Shown here: piece after piece, positions 9,421 through 18,800 of the stretch
How positions within the stretch are numbered: the stretch's first letter is position 1
Layout of the letters: every line of letters starts with the position of its first letter
Assembly: GCA_021731165.1 (NCBI GenBank)
Contig: JAKFXY010000004.1
Coordinates: 640 to 64,639, forward strand
DNA from: Acidobacteriota bacterium
GTDB taxonomy: Bacteria > Acidobacteriota > Vicinamibacteria > Vicinamibacterales > UBA2999
Direction of reading: 5' to 3'
Length of the DNA stretch: 64,000 nucleotides
Translations under genes and position numbers: made by a program
The notes under the pieces: generated by a model
The model's input: only the letters and a program-made list of their open reading frames with translations
Database searches by the model: none
Told to the model about the DNA's origin: nothing

Positions 9421-10860
9421 ATGAAGTTTGATGCGGTTGTCGGACTGGAAATTCACGCTCAGCTTCACACGCGGACGAAGGCGTTTTGTGGTTGCAGTAC
9501 GTCATTCGGCAGCCCGGCGAACTCCCAGGTGTGCCCTGTCTGTCTCGGGCTTCCAGGTGCGCTGCCTGTCCTGAACAGTCATGCGGTCGACCTCGCCATC
9601 AAGGCAGCTCTCGCGCTCGAGTGTGACGTGCAGCCGGAGTCGATCTTCGCGCGGAAGAACTACTTTTACCCAGACCTCCCCAAGGGCTACCAGATCTCTC
9701 AGTACGAGAAGCCCCTGGCGCTGGGCGGTGGTCTGGACATCGACGCCGGTGGTGGCAAGCGCGTCGCCCTGACGCGCATTCACATGGAGGAGGATGCCGG
9801 GAAGTCGTTGCACGAAGGCTTCCCGGATTCCAACCAACGCACGTACCTCGACTTCAACCGCAGCGGCGTGCCGCTCATCGAGATCGTGTCGGAGCCGGAC
9901 ATGCGCTCGGCGGCTGAAGCGTCAGAGTTCTTCACGCGCCTGCGCGATATCTTGGTGTGGGTCGGCGTCAATGACGGCAACATGGAGGAGGGCAGTCTCC
10001 GTTGCGACGCCAATGTTTCGGTGCGTCCTCTTGGCGAGTCCGCCCTCGGCACGAAGGTCGAGGTCAAGAACCTCAACTCGTTCCGTTACTTGCGCGACGC
10101 GATCGATTACGAAATCGATCGGCAGGCGGACCTCATTGAGCGCGGTGGCCGCGTCGTCCAGGAGACCCGCCTGTGGGATTCCACAGGTGGGCGCACCCTC
10201 TCCATGCGGAGCAAGGAGGAGGCACACGACTATCGCTACTTTCCGGAGCCTGACTTGCCGGCGCTCATGGTGAGCGAGGCCCGCGTCGAGGCTGTGCGCC
10301 GGACGATGCCAGAACTGCCCGAGGCGAGGCGGCGCCGCTTTGTCGCGGCCTACGCGCTGCCCGAGTACGATGCCGGTGTCTTGACGCAGTCGGCGGCCCT
10401 TGCGGACTACTTCGAGGTGGTGGCCACGATGGCCAGGAACCCGAAAGCGGCGAGCAACTGGATCATGGGCGAGCTCTTGCGGGCGATGAAGGACCGCGGG
10501 ACGGCGATGGTCGAGGTTCCGCTCACGCCTGCATTGCTCGCTGGCCTGATCGTGTTGATTGACGACGGCACCATCAGTGGGTCGATTGCCAAAGAGGTCT
10601 TTGCCAAGATGCTCGACTCGGGCCGACCCGCGGCCGATATCGTAAAGGCCGAAGGCCTTGCCCAAAATTCTGATGAAGGAGCCCTCGTGGCGATCGTGCA
10701 GGGCGTTATCGCGGCCAATGCCGAGGCGGTGGCGCAGTTCCGCGCGGGTAGCGCCAAGACTTTCGGCTTTCTCGTCGGCCAGGTGATGAAGGGGAGCGGC
10801 GGGAAAGCGAATCCGGCTCTCGCCAATCGATTGCTGAAGCGCGAACTCGATCGCGGCTGA
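9421..10860 (+). CDS. gatB: Asp-tRNA(Asn)/Glu-tRNA(Gln) amidotransferase subunit B
   Basis: GLEIHAQL, RKNYFYPDLPKGYQISQ, HMEEDAGK, LRCDANVS, MRSKEEAHDYRYFPEPDL. Confidence 0.97.
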   Translation: MKFDAVVGLEIHAQLHTRTKAFCGCSTSFGSPANSQVCPVCLGLPGALPVLNSHAVDLAIKAALALECDVQPESIFARKNYFYPDLPKGYQISQYEKPLALGGGLDIDAGGGKRVALTRIHMEEDAGKSLHEGFPDSNQRTYLDFNRSGVPLIEIVSEPDMRSAAEASEFFTRLRDILVWVGVNDGNMEEGSLRCDANVSVRPLGESALGTKVEVKNLNSFRYLRDAIDYEIDRQADLIERGGRVVQETRLWDSTGGRTLSMRSKEEAHDYRYFPEPDLPALMVSEARVEAVRRTMPELPEARRRRFVAAYALPEYDAGVLTQSAALADYFEVVATMARNPKAASNWIMGELLRAMKDRGTAMVEVPLTPALLAGLIVLIDDGTISGSIAKEVFAKMLDSGRPAADIVKAEGLAQNSDEGALVAIVQGVIAANAEAVAQFRAGSAKTFGFLVGQVMKGSGGKANPALANRLLKRELDRG

Positions 10861-10867
10861 AGTCGCC

Positions 10868-13249
10868 ATGCCAGCACTGGTGTACTGCCTGGCGGCCGCG
10901 GCGTGCACCTGGCCTCTGATTCTGCATCCCGCCTCGCTTCTCGGCGCTCCGGTCGGTCCTGGTGATCCCTTTCTCTACCTCTGGACCCTGGGTTGGGGAA
11001 TGCGGGCGGTGTTGACCGATCCGGTCTCGCTCGTCACCGGCCAGGTATTCGATGCCAACATCTTCCATCCGGCAGCGGGCACGCTTGCGTATTCCGATCA
11101 CTTGTTGATGCAGAGCCTCGTGCTCGCGCCGCTGTACGCGGTCACCGACGACGTGGTGCTTTGCTACAACGTGCTCCTCCTGGCATCGCTCGTGGCGAGT
11201 GCGCTTGCGATGCACCTATTCGTCAGCCGCGTCGTGGGTACGACTGGCGGCGCATACCTGGCTGGGCTCGCATGGGGGTTTGGATCCTATCGATTCGCCC
11301 ATCTCATCCACGTGCAATTGCAGGCGCTCTACTTTCTGCCGCTGGCATTTCTCGCGCTGCACCAACTGATCGCCACGCGGCGTCGGCGTGATGCGGTTGC
11401 GTTGGGAGTGTTGGCCGGGATGCAGGCGATCGCGTCCGTGTACTACGCAGTCATAGGCGGGGTGGCGCTCGTGACGTGTGCCGTGGCGCTCGTGTTCGTG
11501 TCGAGCCGCGGGGGACGCGGTCAGCGTGTCGCGCGCCTCGCTCTCGCGGCGGTCGTGGCGGGCGTACTCGTACTACCGGTCGGGGTCGTGTACTGGCGAG
11601 TGCAGCAGGAGGAGGGATTCGGACGAAATCTGTATCAGGCCAGCCAGGGCGCCGCGTTCGTGGACAGCTACCTGCAGGCGCCGTCCGGGAACGTGCTGTA
11701 CGGCCGCACGGGTCTCCTGCGCCGAACTGAAGGAGCGTCCAACACGTCTCCGCCACACACAGGACCCGAACGCGAGCTGTTTCCCGGTTTCGTTGTGATC
11801 GCGCTCGGGCTGGCCGGCGTCTGGCTCGGGTGGAGGAGTGATGCGCGCGCGCTGGTTTCGGCGATGGTCTTGGTCACGGTTGTGGGATTCGTCCTCTCCC
11901 TCGGCCCGGACGGCGTGCGCACCTTCTATGCGACGCTCCACCGTTACGTATTCGGCTTTCAGGCCATTCGAGCCCCGGCGCGGTTTTCCGTCCTCGTGAT
12001 ATTTGGCCTTGCGACCCTTGCGGCGATCGGGTGGCGCGAACTGTCGCAGCGCGGTCGCCAGCCGTGCCATCGGTCGATTCCGAGATTCGTTGCACCGCTG
12101 CTGCTCGGATGCGCGGCGCTTGAATGGGCTCACGTTCCTGTGGCGCTCGCGGAGGCCCCGCCGCGACGGACGGAGGTGGGCCAATGGCTGCGGCAGGCGC
12201 CTGGAGTGGGCGCGGTCGCAGTCCTGCCTCTCGGCTTCGACGCTGAAAACACTCCGGCCATGGTTCAGTCGCTCGAGCATCGACGCCCGCTCGTGAATGG
12301 CTACAGCGGCCAGCGGCCAGCGTTCTATCTACCCTTCGTCGATACTCTGAGCACGTTCCCGTCGGAGGAATCGCTCCTGGCGCTTCACAGGAGCGCGGTG
12401 CGCTACATCGTCACGCCCTCGGTGGTGCCGCGCCCGCCGGATGGCACGCCGTGGCCGCTCGTGCCCCGCGCGGAGTTCGCGCGCGGCACGATTTACGAAC
12501 TTGTGTGGACGTCGGAGATTGAAGAGCGGTTCGGTCGTCTGGCGCGGGTGCCACCTCCGCCCGTCGGACGCATCCCGTTCGTGATCGGTGAGAAGGCCCA
12601 GTACACCGTGTCCTGGGACGGAGGTGGTGTGAATCTCCCGGCCGGCGAGATCGTCATTGCGGTTGAGCCACCACAGTATCGGCTGGTCGTCACAGCCGCT
12701 ACCGCATCGTGGGTATCGCGGTTTTTCGAGGCCAACGACTCGTTCGTCACGACGACCGATGCGCAGCTGCTTCCGCAGGTGCACGAGCGGGTTCAGAACG
12801 AGGGCTCGCGTCATGTCGTACGCACATTCGTATACGATTGGCCCGCCAGTCTGGTGAAGATGGGTCGGTCGATGGAGGAAGCGCGGGGCGCCACGGCGGT
12901 TGGCCTGCCCTTGTCGGCGTACGCAAGGGATGCGATTGCGGCAGCGTTCTACGTGCGAACGTTGGCGCTTGACTCCGGTGCGCGCTATCAGATTCCCATC
13001 AACGAGGCGGGGCGGAGCCTCATGTTGGAGGTGCGGGTCGGGGGTCGTGAGCGGATTGCGATACAAGGGGAGCGCATCGAGGCGATTCGTCTCGATCCAC
13101 TCGTGAGGCAGCAGGTCGAGCGCCGGCGTCCGGTGGTGGCCACGATGTGGTTGAGCGCCGACGATCGGCGGGTCCCGGTCGCGGCGGAGTTCTCCGCGGG
13201 GTTCGGCCATGTGCGGGTAGAGCTCCACAGTTATCATGGTGGTCCGTGA
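10868..13249 (+). CDS. Polytopic membrane protein (GT-C/YfhO-like) fused to a C-terminal DUF3108-like domain
   Basis: Many TM helices with GDP..L...L.W, FHP...TLAYSDHL, ERELFPG, RAPARF, VNGYSG. C-terminal about 220 aa (GEKAQYTVSW...MWLSADDRRVPV...FGHVRVEL) resembles DUF3108. Confidence 0.65.
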   Translation: MPALVYCLAAAACTWPLILHPASLLGAPVGPGDPFLYLWTLGWGMRAVLTDPVSLVTGQVFDANIFHPAAGTLAYSDHLLMQSLVLAPLYAVTDDVVLCYNVLLLASLVASALAMHLFVSRVVGTTGGAYLAGLAWGFGSYRFAHLIHVQLQALYFLPLAFLALHQLIATRRRRDAVALGVLAGMQAIASVYYAVIGGVALVTCAVALVFVSSRGGRGQRVARLALAAVVAGVLVLPVGVVYWRVQQEEGFGRNLYQASQGAAFVDSYLQAPSGNVLYGRTGLLRRTEGASNTSPPHTGPERELFPGFVVIALGLAGVWLGWRSDARALVSAMVLVTVVGFVLSLGPDGVRTFYATLHRYVFGFQAIRAPARFSVLVIFGLATLAAIGWRELSQRGRQPCHRSIPRFVAPLLLGCAALEWAHVPVALAEAPPRRTEVGQWLRQAPGVGAVAVLPLGFDAENTPAMVQSLEHRRPLVNGYSGQRPAFYLPFVDTLSTFPSEESLLALHRSAVRYIVTPSVVPRPPDGTPWPLVPRAEFARGTIYELVWTSEIEERFGRLARVPPPPVGRIPFVIGEKAQYTVSWDGGGVNLPAGEIVIAVEPPQYRLVVTAATASWVSRFFEANDSFVTTTDAQLLPQVHERVQNEGSRHVVRTFVYDWPASLVKMGRSMEEARGATAVGLPLSAYARDAIAAAFYVRTLALDSGARYQIPINEAGRSLMLEVRVGGRERIAIQGERIEAIRLDPLVRQQVERRRPVVATMWLSADDRRVPVAAEFSAGFGHVRVELHSYHGGP

Positions 13250-13905
13250 TAGAAATTCACCATCTGTCCAAACTGTACAGCCGCGGCCTGTACGCGCTGC
13301 GCGATCTCTCGCTGACCGTGGACAAAGGCGAGTTCGTGTTTCTCACCGGACCGAGCGGTGCTGGCAAGTCCACGTTGCTGCGCCTCCTGCTGATGCAGGA
13401 GCGGCCGAGCGAAGGAGAGGTCATCGTCAACAGGTACAACCTGTCGAAGCTGACCCGGGGCGAGATCCAGGAGTATCGCCGTGGCCTCGGATTCGTGTTC
13501 CAGGATTTCAAGCTGATCGCCGCGCGCACGGTGCTGGAAAACATTTCGTTCGTGTCCGAGGTCCTCGGCGTGTCGGCCGCCCAGCGGCGCAGGCGGGCAT
13601 TCCAGGTCCTGAAATGGGTCGGACTCCAGCACCGCATGAATGCATATCCGCGCGACCTCTCCGGCGGGGAGCAGCAGCGTATCGCGATTGCGCGCGCGCT
13701 CGTCAACGATCCGTTCCTCGTGCTCGCCGATGAGCCCACTGGAAATCTCGATCCGGATCTGTCGCTCGAGATCATGAATCTGCTCCGCGAGGTGAATGCG
13801 GGTGGAACCACGGTGCTCGTGGCTACACACGACCGTGAGCTCATCCGCTTGGTCGGTCGGCGGACCATCAGTCTCGACCAGGGTCGTGTTGTCGAGGTCG
13901 CATGA
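13246..13905 (+). CDS. ftsE: Cell division ATP-binding protein FtsE
   Basis: GTG start overlapping the upstream TGA; GPSGAGKS, VFQDFKLI, LSGGEQQR, ADEPTGNLD; followed by ftsX. Confidence 0.93.
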   Translation: MIEIHHLSKLYSRGLYALRDLSLTVDKGEFVFLTGPSGAGKSTLLRLLLMQERPSEGEVIVNRYNLSKLTRGEIQEYRRGLGFVFQDFKLIAARTVLENISFVSEVLGVSAAQRRRRAFQVLKWVGLQHRMNAYPRDLSGGEQQRIAIARALVNDPFLVLADEPTGNLDPDLSLEIMNLLREVNAGGTTVLVATHDRELIRLVGRRTISLDQGRVVEVA

Positions 13906-14789
13906 AGACGTTGTCCTACGCGTGCCGGGAAGCGTGGTTGAGCCTGTGGCGCAGCCGCGCGTCGGGCAGTCTCGCGGTCGCGGCGATTGCCCTGGCGATG
14001 CTGGTTCTCGGGGCGTTGCTGGTGGTTACCTCCAACCTCGAACGCATCATGGCGCATTGGACGACCGCATCGGAGTTCTCGGTCTATCTCAGGGACGACG
14101 CGACTTCTGAACAGCGTGGGGCGATTGAGGCAGTCATCGACGGGAGTGGCGTCGCGGCTGGGCGCGACTATGTGTCCAAGGCGGAAGCGCTCGCGCGTTT
14201 CCGTCGGGAGTTCGCCGACCTGGCGACGGTGGCCAGCAGCGTCGAGGACAACCCGTTTCCCGCGTCCATCGAGGTCAGGGTCAAGGTGGAAGCGGAGCGC
14301 GAGGGACGGGCGGACCCCATCGTCCAGCGCATCGGCGGACTACCGGGCGTTGCCGACGTGCAATACGACCGAGAGTGGCTCATCCGACTTGCGGCAGGTC
14401 TCACGGCCGTGCGGCGTGCGGGATTGGCGATGGCGATGCTCATGGCGCTCGCGGCGGCGGTGACGGTCTCGAGCGTGGTCCGGCTCGGGCTCTACAACCG
14501 GCGTGACGAGCTCGAAGTGATGCAGTTGGTGGGCTCGCCGCTGTCCTTTCTCCGGGGCCCGTTTGTCGCGGAGGGGGTGATGCAGGGCGGACTGGGCGCC
14601 CTCCTGGCAATCATTGCCCTCTGGATGGGTTTCCGCGTTGCCTCAGGGTGGTGGGGTAGCGACCTTGCGGTGTTGCTTGATGGAGAGTCGGTGCGATTCC
14701 TGCCGCTGTCACTGTGTGCGGCGCTGCTGGGTGGGGGTATGGTGGTTGGGGCAGCCGGCGGATTCGCGGCCTCGCGCCATGCCGTCTGA
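13902..14789 (+). CDS. ftsX: Cell division permease FtsX
   Basis: Four TM segments, VSKAEALARF, NPFPASIEV, RRDELEVMQLVGS...PFVAEG. Confidence 0.92.
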   Translation: MKTLSYACREAWLSLWRSRASGSLAVAAIALAMLVLGALLVVTSNLERIMAHWTTASEFSVYLRDDATSEQRGAIEAVIDGSGVAAGRDYVSKAEALARFRREFADLATVASSVEDNPFPASIEVRVKVEAEREGRADPIVQRIGGLPGVADVQYDREWLIRLAAGLTAVRRAGLAMAMLMALAAAVTVSSVVRLGLYNRRDELEVMQLVGSPLSFLRGPFVAEGVMQGGLGALLAIIALWMGFRVASGWWGSDLAVLLDGESVRFLPLSLCAALLGGGMVVGAAGGFAASRHAV

Positions 14790-14807
14790 GGGGGTTCCGC
14801 CCCTCCG

Positions 14808-14837
14808 TTGACAGACGCGCTGAGGCATGTCTACACT
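14808..14837 (+). promoter_or_regulatory. Putative sigma70 promoter (TTGACA-N18-TACACT)
   Basis: Perfect -35 and good -10 between ftsX and the small ORF/rnr. Confidence 0.65.
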
Positions 14838-14916
14838 GAAGTCACATCCCAGTATGTCCGCGTCGAGGAACCGGCTGTCTCGCTTCCTGACCGATTCACG
14901 TCCTCAGGGCGGTCCT

Positions 14917-15165
14917 GTGTTGGACTGTCGTTCCAGTTTCTACCGCGAAGAGTTTGCCAAGTGCCAGCGATGCCTTGACCAACAGCGCGAATTCTACTCA
15001 GAGGGTGCCATCAGCGACGTCGAGCAGGCCCTCACCAAGGTGATGTCCCAGCTCGATCGGCTCTGCACCAACGCTGACGCCGACAAGGTAGTCGGACGCC
15101 TCCTCCGCCAATTCGATGTGGTGACGGGTCTGTTCGCCTGGTCCGATCGCACACGAGTCCACTGA
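14917..15165 (+). CDS. Small hypothetical helical protein with CxxC
   Basis: Fills the intergenic gap behind a strong promoter, with protein-like composition. Start could be GTG 14917 or ATG 14854. Confidence 0.6.
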   Translation: MLDCRSSFYREEFAKCQRCLDQQREFYSEGAISDVEQALTKVMSQLDRLCTNADADKVVGRLLRQFDVVTGLFAWSDRTRVH

Positions 15166-15309
15166 CGCCATCTGCCATTCGCCTGGACCTGCATCAGGTC
15201 TTCGGCGCCGCGCTCCACACCGCGCACGACTGCTGCACGATCTTCGCTCATGCATGTGCTCTTCAGAGGCCACCATCCACCATCTGCCACCGACCATCCA
15301 GTAAGCGAC

Positions 15310-17598
15310 ATGCTTTCACGCGACGAACTCCTACGACTAATCACGGACACGGTTCATCACCCTGCCACCGCCCGAGAGCTCGCGCAGACCCTGCGGATTT
15401 CCCGCGAGGAGCGAGCGACCTTCAAGCGGCTCCTGAAGTCCCTTGTCGCTGCCGGCGATCTGCTGCAGATTCGCGGAAACCGCTTTGGGCTTCCGGAGAA
15501 GATGGATCTCGTCGTGGGGCGACTCAGCACCAATCCCGCCGGTTTTGGATTCGTCGTGCCTGAGGATGCGCGGCCGGGCGAACGCAAGGACATCTTCATT
15601 CCCGCGCTGCATCTGGTGGAGGCGATGCACGGCGACCGGGTCGTGGCCCGCGTGGAGCGACAGACGGAGAAGGGCCTTGAAGGGCGAATCATCCGCATTC
15701 TGGAGCGGAGCCAGCAACTCGTCGTGGGCCGATTCGAGTCCGACGAAGCCGGCCTTGGCTTCGTTGTCCCGTTCGACCGGCGAATCGTCACCGACGTGCA
15801 CGTGCCAACCGGCCAGTGGCAGGCCGTGGAACCTGGCGAGATGGTCGTCGTGGAGATTACTCGCTGGCCGACCGCCACGCGGGGACCGGTTGGCCGGGTC
15901 GTCGAGGTGCTGGGTCGCATCGACGAGCCGGGTGTCGATACGCAAATCATCATACGCAAGTACGGCATTCCCGACTCGCATTCCAAGGAGGCCGTCGCGG
16001 AAGCGCGCCGCATCGGCGGCGAAGTGCGTGAGCGCGACCTGAAGGGACGCACGGACTTCCGTTCCGTCACGACGGTGACAATCGACGGCGAGCACGCGCG
16101 CGATTTCGACGACGCGATCACGATCGAGCGTCTGGGGAATGGCCACTTCTGGCTCGGCGTCCATATCGCAGATGTGGCGCACTACGTCAGAGAGGGAAGT
16201 GCACTCGACGAGGAGGCGTACGAACGAGGTACGTCGGTGTACTTCACCGAGCGTGCGGTACACATGTTTCCGTCGGAACTGGCGACCGGCCTCTGCAGCC
16301 TGAACCCCCGGGTCGATCGCCTCGTGCAGTCGTGCCTGATGGAAGTCGATGCGCGCGGCACGGTGGTCAGGTACGAGGTGCACGACGGAGTGATTAACAG
16401 CGATGAACGGATGACCTATACGGCCGTCGATGCCATCCTGACTTCGCATGACGAGGCGATGACGGCACGGTACCGGAAGCTGGTGCCGATGTTCGAGCTG
16501 ATGGGCGAATTGTTCGAAGTCCTGCACGATCGCCGCCGGCGCCGGGGCTCCATCGACTTCGACCTGCCAGAGGCGCAGGTCATCCTGTCCGAAGAGGGAC
16601 AGATTCAGAATATCGTGGCGACTGAACGCAACATCGCGCACCGGCTCATCGAGGAGTTCATGCTTCTGGCGAACGAAACCGTGGCTGCCCATCTCGTGCA
16701 CCACGACGTTCCTTCACTCCACCGCGTGCACGAAGCCCCTGATCCCAAGAAGGTCGCAGATTTCGAGGCTTTCATCACGACGCTCGGGTACAGCCTGGCG
16801 ACGTCGGAGCAGACCGTCCGGCCGAAACACTTCCAGAGGCTGATCGACCGCATGCGCGGAACGCCCGAAGAGCGGCCAATCGCGGCGCTGATGCTCAGGA
16901 CCATGCAGAAGGCGCGGTACGACGCCGCCAGCCTAGGCCATTTCGGCCTTGCCGCGGAGGCCTATACCCACTTTACGTCACCGATCCGCCGCTACCCGGA
17001 TCTCGTGGTGCACCGCGTGTTGCGCGAGTCTCGCCACGCGGCGATGAGCGAGGCGCGTCGGGAAGAGCTTGATGAGGAGCTTCCGGAGGTTGCGCGCCGC
17101 ACGTCGGAGATGGAGCGGCGCGCCGACGATGCGGAACGCGAGCTCCTGCAATGGAAAAAGGTCCGATTCATGACGGACAGGGTGGGTGACGAGTACGTTG
17201 GGTTCATCACCGGAGTGGCGCCGTTCGGACTCTTTGTCGAACTGGTGGAGCACTATGTCGAAGGCCTCGTGCACATCGCGAGTATGGCCGACGACTACTA
17301 CCGGTTCATCGAGCAGCAGCACGTGCTCCGGGGAGAGAACACGAAGAAGGTCTACAGGCTTGGGGACAAGGTGCGTGTACAGGTCGTCCGGGTGGACATG
17401 GAGCGCAGGCAAATCGAACTCGGGCTCGCGGAGATTCTCGAACAGGTGCGGCGCGAGGAGCGGCCCCGGGGAGTCGTGCGCAGCGCGGTGCGGTCGAAGT
17501 CGGACAAGCGGCGAGCAGGTCGTTCAGGTCGCCGGGAACGGGAGGCCGCCCGGACCGGAGGCTCTCCGAAGAAACCCCGACGGGGCAGGGGACGGTAG
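15310..17598 (+). CDS. rnr: Ribonuclease R
   Basis: N-terminal HTH and CSD domains, TIDGEHARDFDDA catalytic motif, HFTSPIRRYPDL, S1 domain, basic tail. Start refined to MLSRDELL. Confidence 0.96.
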   Translation: MLSRDELLRLITDTVHHPATARELAQTLRISREERATFKRLLKSLVAAGDLLQIRGNRFGLPEKMDLVVGRLSTNPAGFGFVVPEDARPGERKDIFIPALHLVEAMHGDRVVARVERQTEKGLEGRIIRILERSQQLVVGRFESDEAGLGFVVPFDRRIVTDVHVPTGQWQAVEPGEMVVVEITRWPTATRGPVGRVVEVLGRIDEPGVDTQIIIRKYGIPDSHSKEAVAEARRIGGEVRERDLKGRTDFRSVTTVTIDGEHARDFDDAITIERLGNGHFWLGVHIADVAHYVREGSALDEEAYERGTSVYFTERAVHMFPSELATGLCSLNPRVDRLVQSCLMEVDARGTVVRYEVHDGVINSDERMTYTAVDAILTSHDEAMTARYRKLVPMFELMGELFEVLHDRRRRRGSIDFDLPEAQVILSEEGQIQNIVATERNIAHRLIEEFMLLANETVAAHLVHHDVPSLHRVHEAPDPKKVADFEAFITTLGYSLATSEQTVRPKHFQRLIDRMRGTPEERPIAALMLRTMQKARYDAASLGHFGLAAEAYTHFTSPIRRYPDLVVHRVLRESRHAAMSEARREELDEELPEVARRTSEMERRADDAERELLQWKKVRFMTDRVGDEYVGFITGVAPFGLFVELVEHYVEGLVHIASMADDYYRFIEQQHVLRGENTKKVYRLGDKVRVQVVRVDMERRQIELGLAEILEQVRREERPRGVVRSAVRSKSDKRRAGRSGRREREAARTGGSPKKPRRGRGR

Positions 17599-17599
17599 C

Positions 17600-17779
17600 C
17601 TAGGCGTCAGCTCCGGTTTTCCGTCTCTCGGCGTCCTTGCCGTCGTCTCTCGTCGAGTCCTTGAAGTTCCGAATCCCCTTGCCGATGCCTCGGCCAATCT
17701 CAGGCAGGCGGTTCGCCCCGAAGATCAGGATGATGATCGCCAGGATGATCAGAAGCTCCGGGATGCCGATGCGGCCCAT
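17600..17779 (-). CDS. tatA: Twin-arginine translocase TatA/E subunit (59 aa)
   Basis: Translated by hand: [41 protein letters not shown]...; SD AAAGGTG upstream. Below the ORF-track length cutoff. Confidence 0.95.
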   Translation of the reverse strand: MGRIGIPELLIILAIIILIFGANRLPEIGRGIGKGIRNFKDSTRDDGKDAERRKTGADA

Positions 17780-17893
17780 ATTTCACCTTTGCGTGCACAC
17801 GTTGCGGGGAACAGGTTACGAGGAGAACGTCGGCGATTGTACCATGCCGGGCAATCCGGAGCGCCCGGTGTGGAACCTGGACCCGAGTTTTAC

Positions 17894-18787
17894 ATGAAAC
17901 ACTGGATCGTTGCCGTGGGAACGGCGTGGGGGTCTGGTATCGCTCTGGTCTTGCCAGGCGCATGCCTCGTGGCGCAGGAAGCGGTGGCGCAGTTCTCCTC
18001 GCAGGTCCAACTCGTCGAGGTGTACGCCACCGTCACCGACGAGAGGGGACAACTCGTGACCGGCCTGCACCAGAGCGATTTCGAGATCTTTGAAGACGGG
18101 GTGCTGCAGCACGTCAGTACGTTCGTTGCTGACGAGTTCCCGTTGACAGTGGTCCTCGGGATGGATCGGAGCTGGAGCATGGCGGGCGAACCCCTACGTC
18201 GCGCGAAGGCGGCGTCCATAGCGTTTCTGCGCGCGTTGAAGCCAAATGACCGGTCGATGATTCTGGCGATCTCCAACGAGACGGAAATCATTGCCCCGCT
18301 GTCGATGGATCGCCTTTCGCAAACCCGGGCCGTCGAGGCCCTGGATCCGTGGAGTACCACGGCGTTATACGACTCCATCATCGTGGCGCTTGACCATCTC
18401 GAGTCTGAGCCTGGTCGCCGAGCGATCGTGATTTTTTCGGATGGCGTCGATCGCTACAGCAGCGCAAGCGCGGCTCAGGTCGCCGAGCGTGCGCGGCGGA
18501 GCGACGCGCTGGTCTATCCCATTACCTTCGGAAAGACTCGCTCGCCATTCTTGGCCGAGTTGGCGGCGCTGACGGGCGGAAGGCCGTTCCTCCTGCGCGA
18601 TTCGAGGGAGCTGGAAAGGACCCTGACCACGATTGCTCGTGAGCTGCGGTACCAGTATCTCCTTGGCTACACGCCTTCGAATCCAATTCGATCGGGACGC
18701 CTGGAGCGGCGAACGATTCGTGTGGCGTTGACCGACATGAGGTCGGGCATCCGCGTTCGGGCCAGGGACGGATACACAACCGAATGA
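17894..18787 (+). CDS. VWA domain-containing protein (acidobacterial VWFA-related type)
   Basis: Signal-like N-terminus, LVEVYATVTD..G.LV.GL...DF...EDG, MIDAS DRSWS, TALYD, FSDGVD, ELRYQYLLGY, VRARDGY. Confidence 0.88.
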   Translation: MKHWIVAVGTAWGSGIALVLPGACLVAQEAVAQFSSQVQLVEVYATVTDERGQLVTGLHQSDFEIFEDGVLQHVSTFVADEFPLTVVLGMDRSWSMAGEPLRRAKAASIAFLRALKPNDRSMILAISNETEIIAPLSMDRLSQTRAVEALDPWSTTALYDSIIVALDHLESEPGRRAIVIFSDGVDRYSSASAAQVAERARRSDALVYPITFGKTRSPFLAELAALTGGRPFLLRDSRELERTLTTIARELRYQYLLGYTPSNPIRSGRLERRTIRVALTDMRSGIRVRARDGYTTE

Positions 18788-18800
18788 GGCACAATGCGAA

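Noticed and set aside
15337-16704. 455-aa minus-strand ORF
   Set aside because: Antisense to rnr; long shadow ORFs are expected in high-GC DNA with strong codon bias.
17186-17893. N-terminal extension making the VWA ORF 533 aa
   Set aside because: It overlaps rnr and tatA; the VWA protein plausibly starts at ATG 17894 with a signal-like sequence.
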